A DNA stretch of 64,000 nt from an uncultured virus (IMG/VR IMGVR_UViG_3300040751_001717) (lineage: Duplodnaviria > Heunggongvirae > Uroviricota > Caudoviricetes), in IMG/VR virus record IMGVR_UViG_3300040751_001717. One strand, given 5' to 3'. The translations under genes and the position numbers were made by a program. The notes beneath the pieces were generated by a model. The model was not told where the DNA came from. It did no database searches and saw only the letters and a list, made by a program, of their open reading frames with translations. Each line of letters begins with the position of its first letter. Position 1 is the first letter of the stretch. Shown here piece by piece: positions 17,196-27,075 of the stretch.

Positions 17196-17620
17196 TGGCA
17201 CTACAAAGATTATCTAGACCAAAGGGTGGTGAAAAAGCAGATGAACTAGTTGGAATTCTAGTAGCAGAGCTTTTAAATGCTTCTGTTTTAACGCACAAAT
17301 TGCACCTAAAAGTTTCAGGTACAGGTTCTTATGCTCAGCATATTGCGCTAAACGAGTTTTATGATGCAATTAAAGATGGAGCAGACTCACTTGCTGAACA
17401 ATATCAAGGACACAAAATGATAATTCTAGATACAGACAAAGCACTTATGGACAGTTATATTTTAACATCCGTAGATGATTGTTTGGATTATTTAGAAAAA
17501 TTGTATAATTTAATTAGTGAGGTACAGTCGATGATGACGTGTTCGTCTATTATAAACGAAATGGATACACTGAAGTCAACGATTAATACCGCTAAGTATA
17601 AGTTGAACTTTTTGAACTAA
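17195..17620 (+). CDS. Dps/ferritin-like protein
   Basis: HKLHLKVSG...HIALNEFYD...DSLAEQYQG ferroxidase-type motif. Confidence 0.85.
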   Translation: MALQRLSRPKGGEKADELVGILVAELLNASVLTHKLHLKVSGTGSYAQHIALNEFYDAIKDGADSLAEQYQGHKMIILDTDKALMDSYILTSVDDCLDYLEKLYNLISEVQSMMTCSSIINEMDTLKSTINTAKYKLNFLN

Positions 17621-17648
17621 TTTTTTTTAACCTTAATTTTTTTTAATC

Positions 17649-18797
17649 ATGGCTTACTTTCCACATGCCTATCAAAAACTCCTAGTAGCTAAGGCTCTTG
17701 CAGGTGCAGGAAAAGCTTCTAGCTCTCTAGGAATCGGTGAAGTAGCTCTTTTGAATGCAAAAGACTACATCTCTCTTGCTGCTCCTGCAGCAGGTATCAA
17801 TCAATACATTCTTGCTCAAGGTAGCTTGCATGATGTTGATAAACTTGGACCATTTCACGGTGGTTACAAAGAATCTGTAAAATCTAAAGGAATCAATCCT
17901 CGTTATGTTTCTGACATCTGGGTTTCTCGTGCTTCTGATGAAGTAACTTCTCAGTTAACTGTAGAAGCAGAAGGTGATTGTTTTGCTTGTGGTGTAGAGC
18001 GCTACTTGCGTTTGGACGTTAAAGGTTCTCCTGCTCTTCGTTTCTTAGGTCGTAACGCTTACTTTGTAGCTGATTGGACTGAGAAGTGTTGTGTAGGCGA
18101 TCAAACTTCTGTTGATCCTTTCGTTGTTCTTTCTGCTTGGGCTGATCAAGTTAATGGTGATCCTTTGGTTTCTCCATTTGTTACAGCAGATGTAGAGATG
18201 TGGGATGCTGAAGCTAACGAAGGAGCTGGTGCTTGGGTATCTGCTGTTGGGCACACTGCAACTACTTCTGGTCACGGTAAATTCCGTATCGTTATTAATG
18301 CTAAACCTACTTCAGCCGTATCTACTCACTTCGGTGATGCAGGATTCCGTCCTACTGATCACTATGAGTTGGAGCCTTCTCAGTTGTATGCTTCTGAAGT
18401 TGATGAAACTGGTGACGCTTGTAGCGTAATTTGTACTAGTATTGCACGTACTGTTGGTGTTCAATCTCGTGGTTCTGGTGAATCTGTTATTCGTCAGTTG
18501 ATTTTAAGTAACCGTTACGCTCAAGATCCTTTCCAACAAGATAGCAGAATGCGTGAAATTTTGGATGAAACTGCATTCAAAGTAGATCGTACTGCTAAAT
18601 ACGATATGTTCTATCTACTTCACAGTGTTCCTCGTAAGAGCAACCCTAGTGGTACTATGGATAACGATCAATACTTGATCTCTATCGCTGTTGATGTTGC
18701 TCACGGTTGGACTAACCAACTAGAAGCAATGCTTCTTGAACTAGGTAAACTAGCTGAAATTTATGACGCTGGTGCAGCTGCATTGAAAGAACTCTAA
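17649..18797 (+). CDS. abundant virion protein (auxiliary capsid protein-like)
   Basis: 382 aa with MCP-like codon bias, followed by a strong terminator. Confidence 0.65.
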   Translation: MAYFPHAYQKLLVAKALAGAGKASSSLGIGEVALLNAKDYISLAAPAAGINQYILAQGSLHDVDKLGPFHGGYKESVKSKGINPRYVSDIWVSRASDEVTSQLTVEAEGDCFACGVERYLRLDVKGSPALRFLGRNAYFVADWTEKCCVGDQTSVDPFVVLSAWADQVNGDPLVSPFVTADVEMWDAEANEGAGAWVSAVGHTATTSGHGKFRIVINAKPTSAVSTHFGDAGFRPTDHYELEPSQLYASEVDETGDACSVICTSIARTVGVQSRGSGESVIRQLILSNRYAQDPFQQDSRMREILDETAFKVDRTAKYDMFYLLHSVPRKSNPSGTMDNDQYLISIAVDVAHGWTNQLEAMLLELGKLAEIYDAGAAALKEL

Positions 18798-18819
18798 GAG
18801 TACTTTAAATACAATAACG

Positions 18820-18851
18820 AAAGGGGGTGATTTTCTTCACCCCCTTTTTTT
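18820..18851 (+). terminator. intrinsic terminator
   Basis: AAAGGGGGTGA-TTTTCT-TCACCCCCTTT followed by TTTT. Confidence 0.85.
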
Positions 18852-18867
18852 GTTATGCTGCCTAATA

Positions 18868-18879
18868 TTTCGTAAATTA
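18868..18879 (+). promoter_or_regulatory. late-promoter motif
   Basis: TTTCGTAAATTA directly after a terminator; identical to 46871-46882. Confidence 0.55.
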
Positions 18880-18923
18880 TGTATGAATAGTGGGTGAACT
18901 ATACCTTGTTATCTAATATAATC

Positions 18924-19472
18924 ATGGCATCAAAACATATCTTAACGTTAGAGGTTCCTGAGACTGCAAATGACAGGCTTCTTAGAGTAGTTGATACAAG
19001 CAGCTACCTGAGCAATTTACCTGTTGAGTGCGGTACTCTACAAATTACCTCTCCGGGGTTTAATGCTCCCAGAAACATTGAAGCTATTCCTGGCTTTAAT
19101 TTAGTTCTAAATGCATGTACATTAGGCATCCAAGTTACAGGGTGTGATAGTGATAATGAACCATTACCTGATGGTGTATACGTAATCAGGTACAGTGTTT
19201 CCCCTAATGACAAGGTATGGGTGGAATACAATCATTTAAGAACTACACAGACTCTAAACGCCTACTACAAAAAATTGTGTGAGATTGATGTCGCTGCATG
19301 TGAACCTTCGGCAGAAGTAAAGCAAGCTATGTATGAAATGAAATACATTAGAACGTTGATCGATGCAGCTAAAGCAAAAGTTGAATATTGTGGTAATCCT
19401 AGTGAAGGATTAGAACTTCTTCAATATGCAATTAAGAGACTTAAGAATCTTGATTGTAATAGTCTTTGTTAA
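18924..19472 (+). CDS. virion structural protein (tail hub/ring-like)
   Basis: 182 aa from the ATG at 18924; LPDGVYVIRYSVSP motif; Cys-rich. Confidence 0.7.
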   Translation: MASKHILTLEVPETANDRLLRVVDTSSYLSNLPVECGTLQITSPGFNAPRNIEAIPGFNLVLNACTLGIQVTGCDSDNEPLPDGVYVIRYSVSPNDKVWVEYNHLRTTQTLNAYYKKLCEIDVAACEPSAEVKQAMYEMKYIRTLIDAAKAKVEYCGNPSEGLELLQYAIKRLKNLDCNSLC

Positions 19473-19490
19473 ACACTTAAAACCAACATT

Positions 19491-19631
19491 ATGAATTGTC
19501 CAAATTGTAAATCGAAACTTACCTGCGGATGTCAGAAGCGAATTGCCAGTGATGGTAAACAAGTTTGTAGTAGTTGTATTAATAACTATGAAACTAATCT
19601 GAAAGCGGTAACAGTCACAATTAAGAAATGA
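19491..19631 (+). CDS. 46-aa Cys-rich microprotein (not in the ORF track)
   Basis: MNCPNCKSKLTCGCQKRIASDGKQVCSSCINNYETNLKAVTVTIKK*; AAAACCAACA leader; ATGA overlap with the next gene. Confidence 0.8.
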   Translation: MNCPNCKSKLTCGCQKRIASDGKQVCSSCINNYETNLKAVTVTIKK

Positions 19632-20212
19632 GTTACTTAGATCGTCAAATATCAATCTTTAAAAACTTTGCTGACGCTGTTTACAAGCGTTTCAGACAAG
19701 ATCGCTTTGGTATTACAATAAAGTTCACAAAAGACTATGAGAAGCTTGCAAATAAGCTTGATATATGTAATTGGGAAAAGCTTGCAAAAGAGAATGATAT
19801 TGATGATGCAACAGTAAGAACTATTTCTAATACTGCCATTTACTATAATCCTTTAGTAAGAACCGGTAGCAGAACCACAGCACCTAAAATTAACGCACCC
19901 ATTGACACCAATGTTACATATAACTATGGTAGTGATGGTCAGCAAAACATTATTGAAATTAACGCTGGTGGTGCTATTACTAGAATTAACGTTAACCCGC
20001 TAATTAATATTAATAGAAACAATGAATACACTCATGAGCAGCTTACTCCTGCTACTGAATGGTTGGTTGTACACAACTTTGGATTTATTCCAAACGTATA
20101 TACTACTGATCTTCAAGGAAACGAGTTTGAGGGTATTGTGGTTCCTGTTGATGATAGCACTATTAAAATTGTATTTACAGAACCTGTTAGTGGTTATGCA
20201 TACCTAAGCTAA
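19628..20212 (+). CDS. virion structural protein with a C-terminal small beta-domain
   Basis: C-terminal W.V.HN.G..P.V...F..P.SG.AYL fibre-associated domain. Confidence 0.75.
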   Translation: MSYLDRQISIFKNFADAVYKRFRQDRFGITIKFTKDYEKLANKLDICNWEKLAKENDIDDATVRTISNTAIYYNPLVRTGSRTTAPKINAPIDTNVTYNYGSDGQQNIIEINAGGAITRINVNPLININRNNEYTHEQLTPATEWLVVHNFGFIPNVYTTDLQGNEFEGIVVPVDDSTIKIVFTEPVSGYAYLS

Positions 20213-20213
20213 A

Positions 20214-20735
20214 ATGGCAAATACGAAAACGTTTTACAGCAATATAAGTCTAGCTAAAAATGAACTGCTAGATGCCCGCATAGAAAATAAATCTACTGAG
20301 GATAGACAAGCTATGTCTTTAGGTATGCCTCATATAGGTCTTGCAGTATGGGATACGGACTTAAACAGTTTGTTTATTTGGGGAGGTCAGACCTGGGATA
20401 GATCAGGTGCTAGCTATGACGAAATAAACGCATGGAATACAGCATACGATGACTCTGTAGTTGATTTCATCATTAATCAAGGTGAGGATACTACTTTCAC
20501 CATTCAGCGTAGGAATAGTGCTTCTATTACTAAAACATACAAAAGCAGTCACACTCATAATCAGAACACACCTTCTGATACTTGGGTTATTACACATTCA
20601 TTAAATAAAAATCCTTCAATAACTGTTGTTGATTCTGCCGGAAATATGGTAGAAGGAGCAGTTACAATTAACTCTTTAAATCAAGTAACAATAACGTTTT
20701 GTGGTGCGTTTTCCGGAAAGGCGCATCTCAATTAA
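20214..20735 (+). CDS. virion structural protein, partial paralog of the previous gene
   Basis: same C-terminal domain (WVITHSLNKNPSITVVD...FSGKAHL). Confidence 0.75.
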   Translation: MANTKTFYSNISLAKNELLDARIENKSTEDRQAMSLGMPHIGLAVWDTDLNSLFIWGGQTWDRSGASYDEINAWNTAYDDSVVDFIINQGEDTTFTIQRRNSASITKTYKSSHTHNQNTPSDTWVITHSLNKNPSITVVDSAGNMVEGAVTINSLNQVTITFCGAFSGKAHLN

Positions 20736-20752
20736 ATTTAACTAATTAAGTC

Positions 20753-22903
20753 ATGGCTAAAAAGTTTTTAACCTCTATTGACCTCAGCAAATGTGAATTG
20801 CAGAATGCGTCAATACACAATCTGGCAGCAGCTCCCAGTTCACCTGGAAGTGGTCAGATTTACTTTAACACGGCAGATGGACAAATGTACTTCTACAATG
20901 GTACAGATTGGGCATCTATGTCAGGAGACATTACCAGCGTAGAAATTGTAGCTGCTGGTGGTCTTACTGGAGATTCTTCTACTACTAATGGTGCATTTAG
21001 CGCTACACTTGCTGTAGGTGCTGGTACCGGTATTACTGTAAATGCAGATGATGTTGCAATTACAGGTGCAGATAATTTAACTACTAACGTTCTATCTAAG
21101 TGGGATGGTAGTATGTTTATTGACTCTAGCATTAGTGATGATGGTTCAGCTATTACTGCTGAGGTTACTCTTAACCTTGCTTCAGTAGTAAACGAAGACG
21201 AGGTAACTAGTAAGATCCTTACTTTAGATTCTTCTGGTAATGTTGATTACAGAACACCAGCAGAAATTTTGAGTGATATTGGTGGTGCTGCGGGTACTGT
21301 AGATCTACAAGCGGTTACTGACAATGGGTCTACTACTACAAATGGCATTGAAGTAGCATCTCTTATATCAAATGGTCAAATTGATACAGCCGGTCTTTAT
21401 ACTACCGGCCCTGTAACTATTGCAGAAACGTATTTTATTCAAACAGGTGCTGATCAGTTTAATCAGATTGAAGGTAACTTGAATCTCTTCGGAGGTTTAA
21501 GAATGGGGGATGTTAATAATCCTACAAATAGCATTATTAGAGCTCAAGCGGGAATGCTGCTTATTAGTTCAGCTGTCGCTAGAGTATTTATTTCTTCTGA
21601 TGAAAGTGATGTACAAGTTGAGAATACAATTTTTGATGGTGATGATGTAACCATTATTGGTGACGTTACAGCAGGAGGTACTCTTAATATTGCTAACGCT
21701 GTAAATGAAGATGCTGCAGCAAGTAAGATTCTTACTCTTGACAGTTCAGGTAACGTAGACTTTAGAACTCCTGCTCAGATTCTTTCTGATATCGGTGGTG
21801 CTGGTGAAGGATTTACTTTGCAAGACGTAACTGATAATGGTAATATTACTACTCAGGGTATTACCGTAAGCAGTCTTACAACAAGTACAGACGTATCTAT
21901 CGGTACTTCTCTTGATGTAGGTTCAACCGCAACCTTTGGTAGCGATGTAACTATTAATGGTAATCTTAGTGTTGTTGGTACAGCTACTAACGTGACCTTT
22001 GAGTCTACTACAGTACAGCTTGGTGATGCTTATCTTACTCTTAACCAAGGACACGATAGAGGGCTTCCTGCAGCAACCGATGCTGGTTGGGTAGTTGTAC
22101 GTTCTGAAGAAGAAGGTAACATTTCTGTATTGTGGTCTGAAGAAAACGATAAGTTTGTATTTGCTAATGTTGGTGCTGAAGATGGTACTATTGCTCCTGC
22201 TAATGTTGCTTGGACAAGCACCGTAGATCTTCTTGCTAGAGATATTGAGGCTGAAGGCACTCTTACAGCAAATATTGGTGACATCACTACAACATTAGAT
22301 GTAGGTACGACTCTTTCTGTTTCAGGTGCCTCAACATTATCAGGTGAAGTAACCCTTGGTAGTGTAACAGGAGATGATACTGCAACAATTATTGGTATTG
22401 ATTCTAACGGTGTAGTTAAGAGTGTTAGTACTTCTGCTATCGTTTCTTCAGGTATCACCTTTAAGTATTCTGATGACGGTGGTACAGCAACTTCATTGGG
22501 TGCTACGTCAGAGCTTACTATTAATTCTGGAGAAGGTCTTACAGCAACCGGTTCAGGTTCAGTTATTACAATTGCAGCTGAAGATGCTACATATACTAAT
22601 AAAGGTATTGTAGAATTAGCTACAGGTAGTGAGACTAATGTAATGACAGATACTGCTCGTGCGGTAACTCCAGCAGGTCTTTCTAGACTACGTTTTACAG
22701 CTCCAGTACCAGGTGGTGAAACTACTATTGCTATAGAACATTTATTAGAATCTCAGTTCTGTATTGTACAAGTAATGGAACTATCAACAGGTGCTACAGT
22801 TGAATGTGATGTACGTAGAGTAGATCCTAACAATGTAGAGCTTGATTTCTGCGTTGCTCCTGAAGAAGGTGCATTGCAAGTAATGATTATGAAGGTAGGC
22901 TAA
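20753..22903 (+). CDS. fibre protein
   Basis: 716 aa, G/S/T-rich, internal ~55-aa duplication, KGIVELAT...AVTP fibre motif. Confidence 0.8.
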   Translation: MAKKFLTSIDLSKCELQNASIHNLAAAPSSPGSGQIYFNTADGQMYFYNGTDWASMSGDITSVEIVAAGGLTGDSSTTNGAFSATLAVGAGTGITVNADDVAITGADNLTTNVLSKWDGSMFIDSSISDDGSAITAEVTLNLASVVNEDEVTSKILTLDSSGNVDYRTPAEILSDIGGAAGTVDLQAVTDNGSTTTNGIEVASLISNGQIDTAGLYTTGPVTIAETYFIQTGADQFNQIEGNLNLFGGLRMGDVNNPTNSIIRAQAGMLLISSAVARVFISSDESDVQVENTIFDGDDVTIIGDVTAGGTLNIANAVNEDAAASKILTLDSSGNVDFRTPAQILSDIGGAGEGFTLQDVTDNGNITTQGITVSSLTTSTDVSIGTSLDVGSTATFGSDVTINGNLSVVGTATNVTFESTTVQLGDAYLTLNQGHDRGLPAATDAGWVVVRSEEEGNISVLWSEENDKFVFANVGAEDGTIAPANVAWTSTVDLLARDIEAEGTLTANIGDITTTLDVGTTLSVSGASTLSGEVTLGSVTGDDTATIIGIDSNGVVKSVSTSAIVSSGITFKYSDDGGTATSLGATSELTINSGEGLTATGSGSVITIAAEDATYTNKGIVELATGSETNVMTDTARAVTPAGLSRLRFTAPVPGGETTIAIEHLLESQFCIVQVMELSTGATVECDVRRVDPNNVELDFCVAPEEGALQVMIMKVG

Positions 22904-22942
22904 TAAAAAATTTAAATTAGTCTATAATATAAAGTTGTTGCA

Positions 22943-25900
22943 ATGAGTAAGAAGTTTTTAAGTGATGTTTTAATAGAATGCGGTTTGCAAGTAAGCGGTA
23001 CCACTACATTAGGTACTGCTACTGCAAGCACCGTTGCTACGTCTGATAATTCAACGAATATTGCAACAACTGCCTGGGTAAAGTCTTTAGGGTATAGTAC
23101 CACTGATAGTTTCATTTCTGATGTAACCTTCAATGGTACTTCCCTTAGCTTTACAGGTATTAATAGTGCGTTTACAGGATCTTTAGATTTATCCGCACTA
23201 CAAACACGGCTTACGGATATTGAAACAGTATATGCTACCGTAAGAAACGTAAGCGGAGCACCGATACTAAAAGGTACACCTCTTGCTGTTGTTATTGGAC
23301 AAACATCAGGTAATCTTTCTGATGTTATTCCTGCTGATGCTTCTGATCCTGCTCTTATGCCTGCTTTATTTGTTGCAGATGAAGATATAGCAGAAGAAGC
23401 AGAAGGTCGTGCTGTAGCATATGGTGAAATAACGGGAATAGATACATCTTTATATCCTTCAGGAACTACAGTATATGTAGCACCTGGCGGTGGTTGGACT
23501 GATACTAAACCCACCGGAACAGACTTAATCCAAAACTTAGGTGTCATTACTAAACAGCATGACAGTAATGGAGGAGGTATTGTAACAGGTGTAGGTAGAT
23601 CTAATGATGTTCCTAATATTCCTACAGGATATGCTTGGGTGGGTAACGCTAATGGAGTTGCTACTCCTACATTACTCGGATCACTAGCATTTAGCTCTGC
23701 AACTTATGACAACTATGTTTCTTGGAACCTAAAAACTAATAATGTTCAAAGAACTACTGTAGCTTCAGGAGGTACACTTGATATTGTTGCAGGTTCTAAT
23801 GTATCTGTAGCTTACAGTGCAGGAGGTGTCGTAACTATTTCATCTTCCGAATCTGATACTCTTGATACTGTTACAAGCAGAGATGGAGTAACAACAAACA
23901 CGATTGGTGTAGGTACAATTAATGTAATTGGTACTACAGCTGGTCAAGAACTTTTAACGGTAGACGGTACTAATGGTAGACTATTTACTGTAACAGATGA
24001 TCTCTCAGACTCTTTATTTAGTGTAAACACTATTGCTGGTTTACCTGTCATTGAAGTCTTTGCAGATAATACCATTAAGTTAGGGAACTTTGCTAATCCT
24101 GTAGAGATTGATAGTTCTGCTAATATTGTTATTCCCGGTACTATTACAGCCAGTGGATATAATGATAGTAATTGGAATACTGCTTATAATGATAGAATTA
24201 CATCTGCAGCGGTATCGGGTACAACTACAAAAACACTAACACTTACGCAAGGAGATGGTGGTACTGTTACTACTTCTTGGACAGATCTAGATAGAGATGA
24301 AACACTAACAGAACTTTCTGTTGGAGGTAACATCCTTTCATATCGTGATGAAAACGGTGAAGTAACTGAAATTGATTTATCACTATATATAGATGATACT
24401 AATCTTGCAAGACTTATAAGCGGATCATTAGATGCTGAAACGGGTATTGCAACTTTTACCAGAGATGACTCTACCACATTTACAGTTGATTTTAGTTCAC
24501 TTAGTGGTACGTCTACAGATACTTTAGCAGACGTAACTGCTCGTGGAGCTACAACATCTACTTTAACAACATTCTCAGGTAATGTTAATTTAGAAAAGTC
24601 TTCAGGGAATAATATACTACATATAACAAGTGCTGCTGGCGGTACTCCTGTTTTGTATATGACTGGTCCGTCTCGCGGATGGGGTCAGTTTGTAAACGGA
24701 ACAGATCTTTGGTTTAAAGATGAGACTGGTAATGTTGTTACCATGGTGCTTGAGGCAGGAGGAAATGTTGGTATAGGCACTACTGCTCCCACTTCTAAAC
24801 TTGATGTTAACGGAGTTATAAAGTATGGGAACAATGGAGCTTCAGTAGGTGCATTAAGTTATGACACAAGTGGTCTTGTAACGCTTGAAGCAAGCAGTGC
24901 AAATACAAGTATTGCAATTATGCCATCAGGAACTGGCAGCGTAGGAATTGGCACTTTGAGTCCTAGCACTAAGTTATATGTAGACGGAGGAGAGTCAACA
25001 TTCAACAGAGGTAACTCTGACGGTGCTATTGCTAGGTTTAGAGGTAAGAACAATGAAAAAGCTGTAATAGGTACTCTTGATTCTTGGTTTAGTAGTAATG
25101 TTGGTATTGGGACTACTAGTCCTGAAGCTAAGTTAGATGTTGTAGGGAATACAAGGCTTGGAAGTGGTACTATGCACGTATCTACAGACCAAACATTTGG
25201 AACGTCTTTTACGTATTCATTTAGAGATGCTGTAGGTATTCTTAATCCAAATGGAAGTTCAGCAGCAGCAGCCACTAGCGTTATGTCTATTGGTGCGATG
25301 AGTAATAGTACATCGTTAATTACTACGGGAATTGTTGGTATAGGAACTGACAGTCCAGATAGAGGTCTTACCATATCAGGAAGTAATGGATATGCTGCTC
25401 TTAATATTTACAAGGCTAATACAACAAATCAAATTGTTTTTTTAGGTACTGGCTCTGGTGGACCAGATGATGATGCTATCCTGCAATTATTTGACGAAGA
25501 AACAGAAAAGGTAAGAGTATTTAGCGCAGGAAATTCTTGGTTCAATGGCGGCAACATAGGTATTGGGAATGCTAGTCCTAATGCTAAACTTGATATTATT
25601 TCAACAGCATCTGGAAGTGAAGGACTTAGAGTAGATGGTGAATCGGGGGGATTTGCTTTTGTAGTTAAAGCAGGTAGCGATTACACTTCCCACATAAGAG
25701 CAGGTGCTACTATAGGTGCTAATTACTTTATAGCACCTCCGTCAAATGGATTAATAGTTGAAGGCAACGTAGGTATTGGTACCACTGCTCCTGGTGCTAA
25801 GTTAGATGTCCAAGGTAATGGTAGATTCTACTCTGCAATTGGTGCTAATGACGATGTAAGAACAGGTATTGCTCATTACGATACAACAGCTCAAGCTGCT

Positions 25901-27031
25901 AACGTAGGGGGTCAATTAGTATTGGGGTACATTTACCACGACAACGGATCAGAGACAGAAGGTGCAATTATCAAGATGTACAAGTTAAACAGTACATCAG
26001 GTGATTACAGCTCAGGACTTAAATTCCAAGTAAGAGAATCAGGTGTAGCTCTGAGTACTAAGATGACTCTAAACCCATCTGGTAATTTAGGTATTGGGAC
26101 AACTAGTCCTAATTCTAAGCTACATGTATCTAATGGATTTATTAGAGTTGATGCTTCAGCTAATGCTCAAGGTGTTGAAATTTACGGACGTTCTTCTGAT
26201 AATATTGGTGAGTTAAACTTTAGAACTAACTCTGGAGTATTCTTAGGTAGAGTAGACGGGCGCAATGATGGATTAGGAGTATGGTCTTCATCAGGATTAC
26301 CAATCAACTTTAAACCTGGTAATACAGGAACTAAAGTTACTTTTCAAAATAATGGTAATGTCGGTATTGGCACTACCAGTCCTTCTACCAAATTACATGT
26401 ATTTGGAAATGATGCTAATCTCAGATTAACTGAAAGCGATTGGAAAAATGGTTCTGGTCAACAAGGAGGACCTTATTTAGAATTTGCATTAGGTGGTAAT
26501 ACCAGTGAACAATCATTTGTACATGCAAGAATTAGATCAATAGATAGGTACACTGCTGGAGGTGCATTTCATGGTGCATTATCTTTTTTGACATCAAGTG
26601 CGGGATCGTTAGGTGAGCGAATGCGCATTGAATATAACGGTAATATTGGGGTAGGTACTACTACTCCTTCAGCTAAGCTTGATGTAGTAGGTGACGTAAA
26701 AATTACAGGATCACATACTGTAACAACTACTGCAAATTCATTTGCCGGAGATCCTACAGGAGTGCGAATAGAAGTAATAAATGTTGAAGATAATTTTGGC
26801 GCCTTCTTAGATTATGTAATTCATGATGGAGGAAGAGATAGTCAAAGAGCTGGAACATTAACAGTTACTTGGAATTTAGCAGAGATAAGATTTAACGAAA
26901 CTGCAACGATGGATATTGGTGATACTAGTGGTGCAACATTAACGGCTGTTCATACAGGCGCTAATGCTGAAATTTATTTTGCATCACCAGATCCAACATG
27001 GGAAATTAAATATACACTGAGAAAACTATAA
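22943..27031 (+). CDS. long tail fibre protein with GNVGIGTTxP repeats
   Basis: 1362 aa; nine G[NSI][VIL]G[IV]G[TN]xxP-type repeats. Confidence 0.85.
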   Translation: MSKKFLSDVLIECGLQVSGTTTLGTATASTVATSDNSTNIATTAWVKSLGYSTTDSFISDVTFNGTSLSFTGINSAFTGSLDLSALQTRLTDIETVYATVRNVSGAPILKGTPLAVVIGQTSGNLSDVIPADASDPALMPALFVADEDIAEEAEGRAVAYGEITGIDTSLYPSGTTVYVAPGGGWTDTKPTGTDLIQNLGVITKQHDSNGGGIVTGVGRSNDVPNIPTGYAWVGNANGVATPTLLGSLAFSSATYDNYVSWNLKTNNVQRTTVASGGTLDIVAGSNVSVAYSAGGVVTISSSESDTLDTVTSRDGVTTNTIGVGTINVIGTTAGQELLTVDGTNGRLFTVTDDLSDSLFSVNTIAGLPVIEVFADNTIKLGNFANPVEIDSSANIVIPGTITASGYNDSNWNTAYNDRITSAAVSGTTTKTLTLTQGDGGTVTTSWTDLDRDETLTELSVGGNILSYRDENGEVTEIDLSLYIDDTNLARLISGSLDAETGIATFTRDDSTTFTVDFSSLSGTSTDTLADVTARGATTSTLTTFSGNVNLEKSSGNNILHITSAAGGTPVLYMTGPSRGWGQFVNGTDLWFKDETGNVVTMVLEAGGNVGIGTTAPTSKLDVNGVIKYGNNGASVGALSYDTSGLVTLEASSANTSIAIMPSGTGSVGIGTLSPSTKLYVDGGESTFNRGNSDGAIARFRGKNNEKAVIGTLDSWFSSNVGIGTTSPEAKLDVVGNTRLGSGTMHVSTDQTFGTSFTYSFRDAVGILNPNGSSAAAATSVMSIGAMSNSTSLITTGIVGIGTDSPDRGLTISGSNGYAALNIYKANTTNQIVFLGTGSGGPDDDAILQLFDEETEKVRVFSAGNSWFNGGNIGIGNASPNAKLDIISTASGSEGLRVDGESGGFAFVVKAGSDYTSHIRAGATIGANYFIAPPSNGLIVEGNVGIGTTAPGAKLDVQGNGRFYSAIGANDDVRTGIAHYDTTAQAANVGGQLVLGYIYHDNGSETEGAIIKMYKLNSTSGDYSSGLKFQVRESGVALSTKMTLNPSGNLGIGTTSPNSKLHVSNGFIRVDASANAQGVEIYGRSSDNIGELNFRTNSGVFLGRVDGRNDGLGVWSSSGLPINFKPGNTGTKVTFQNNGNVGIGTTSPSTKLHVFGNDANLRLTESDWKNGSGQQGGPYLEFALGGNTSEQSFVHARIRSIDRYTAGGAFHGALSFLTSSAGSLGERMRIEYNGNIGVGTTTPSAKLDVVGDVKITGSHTVTTTANSFAGDPTGVRIEVINVEDNFGAFLDYVIHDGGRDSQRAGTLTVTWNLAEIRFNETATMDIGDTSGATLTAVHTGANAEIYFASPDPTWEIKYTLRKL

Positions 27032-27047
27032 CATAAATGCTAACCAT

Positions 27048-27069
27048 CTCTTTGGATAGGGAAAAAGAG
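27048..27069 (+). promoter_or_regulatory. leader hairpin 6 nt upstream of the fibre gene start
   Basis: CTCTTT-GGATAGGGAA-AAAGAG. Confidence 0.4.
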
Positions 27070-27075
27070 TAAACA

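Noticed and set aside
3232..18923. Longer track starts for ORFs at 3294, 5448, 16298 and 18894
   Set aside because: The extensions overlap promoters or upstream genes; downstream ATGs (3231, 5508, 16322, 18924) fit gene packing better
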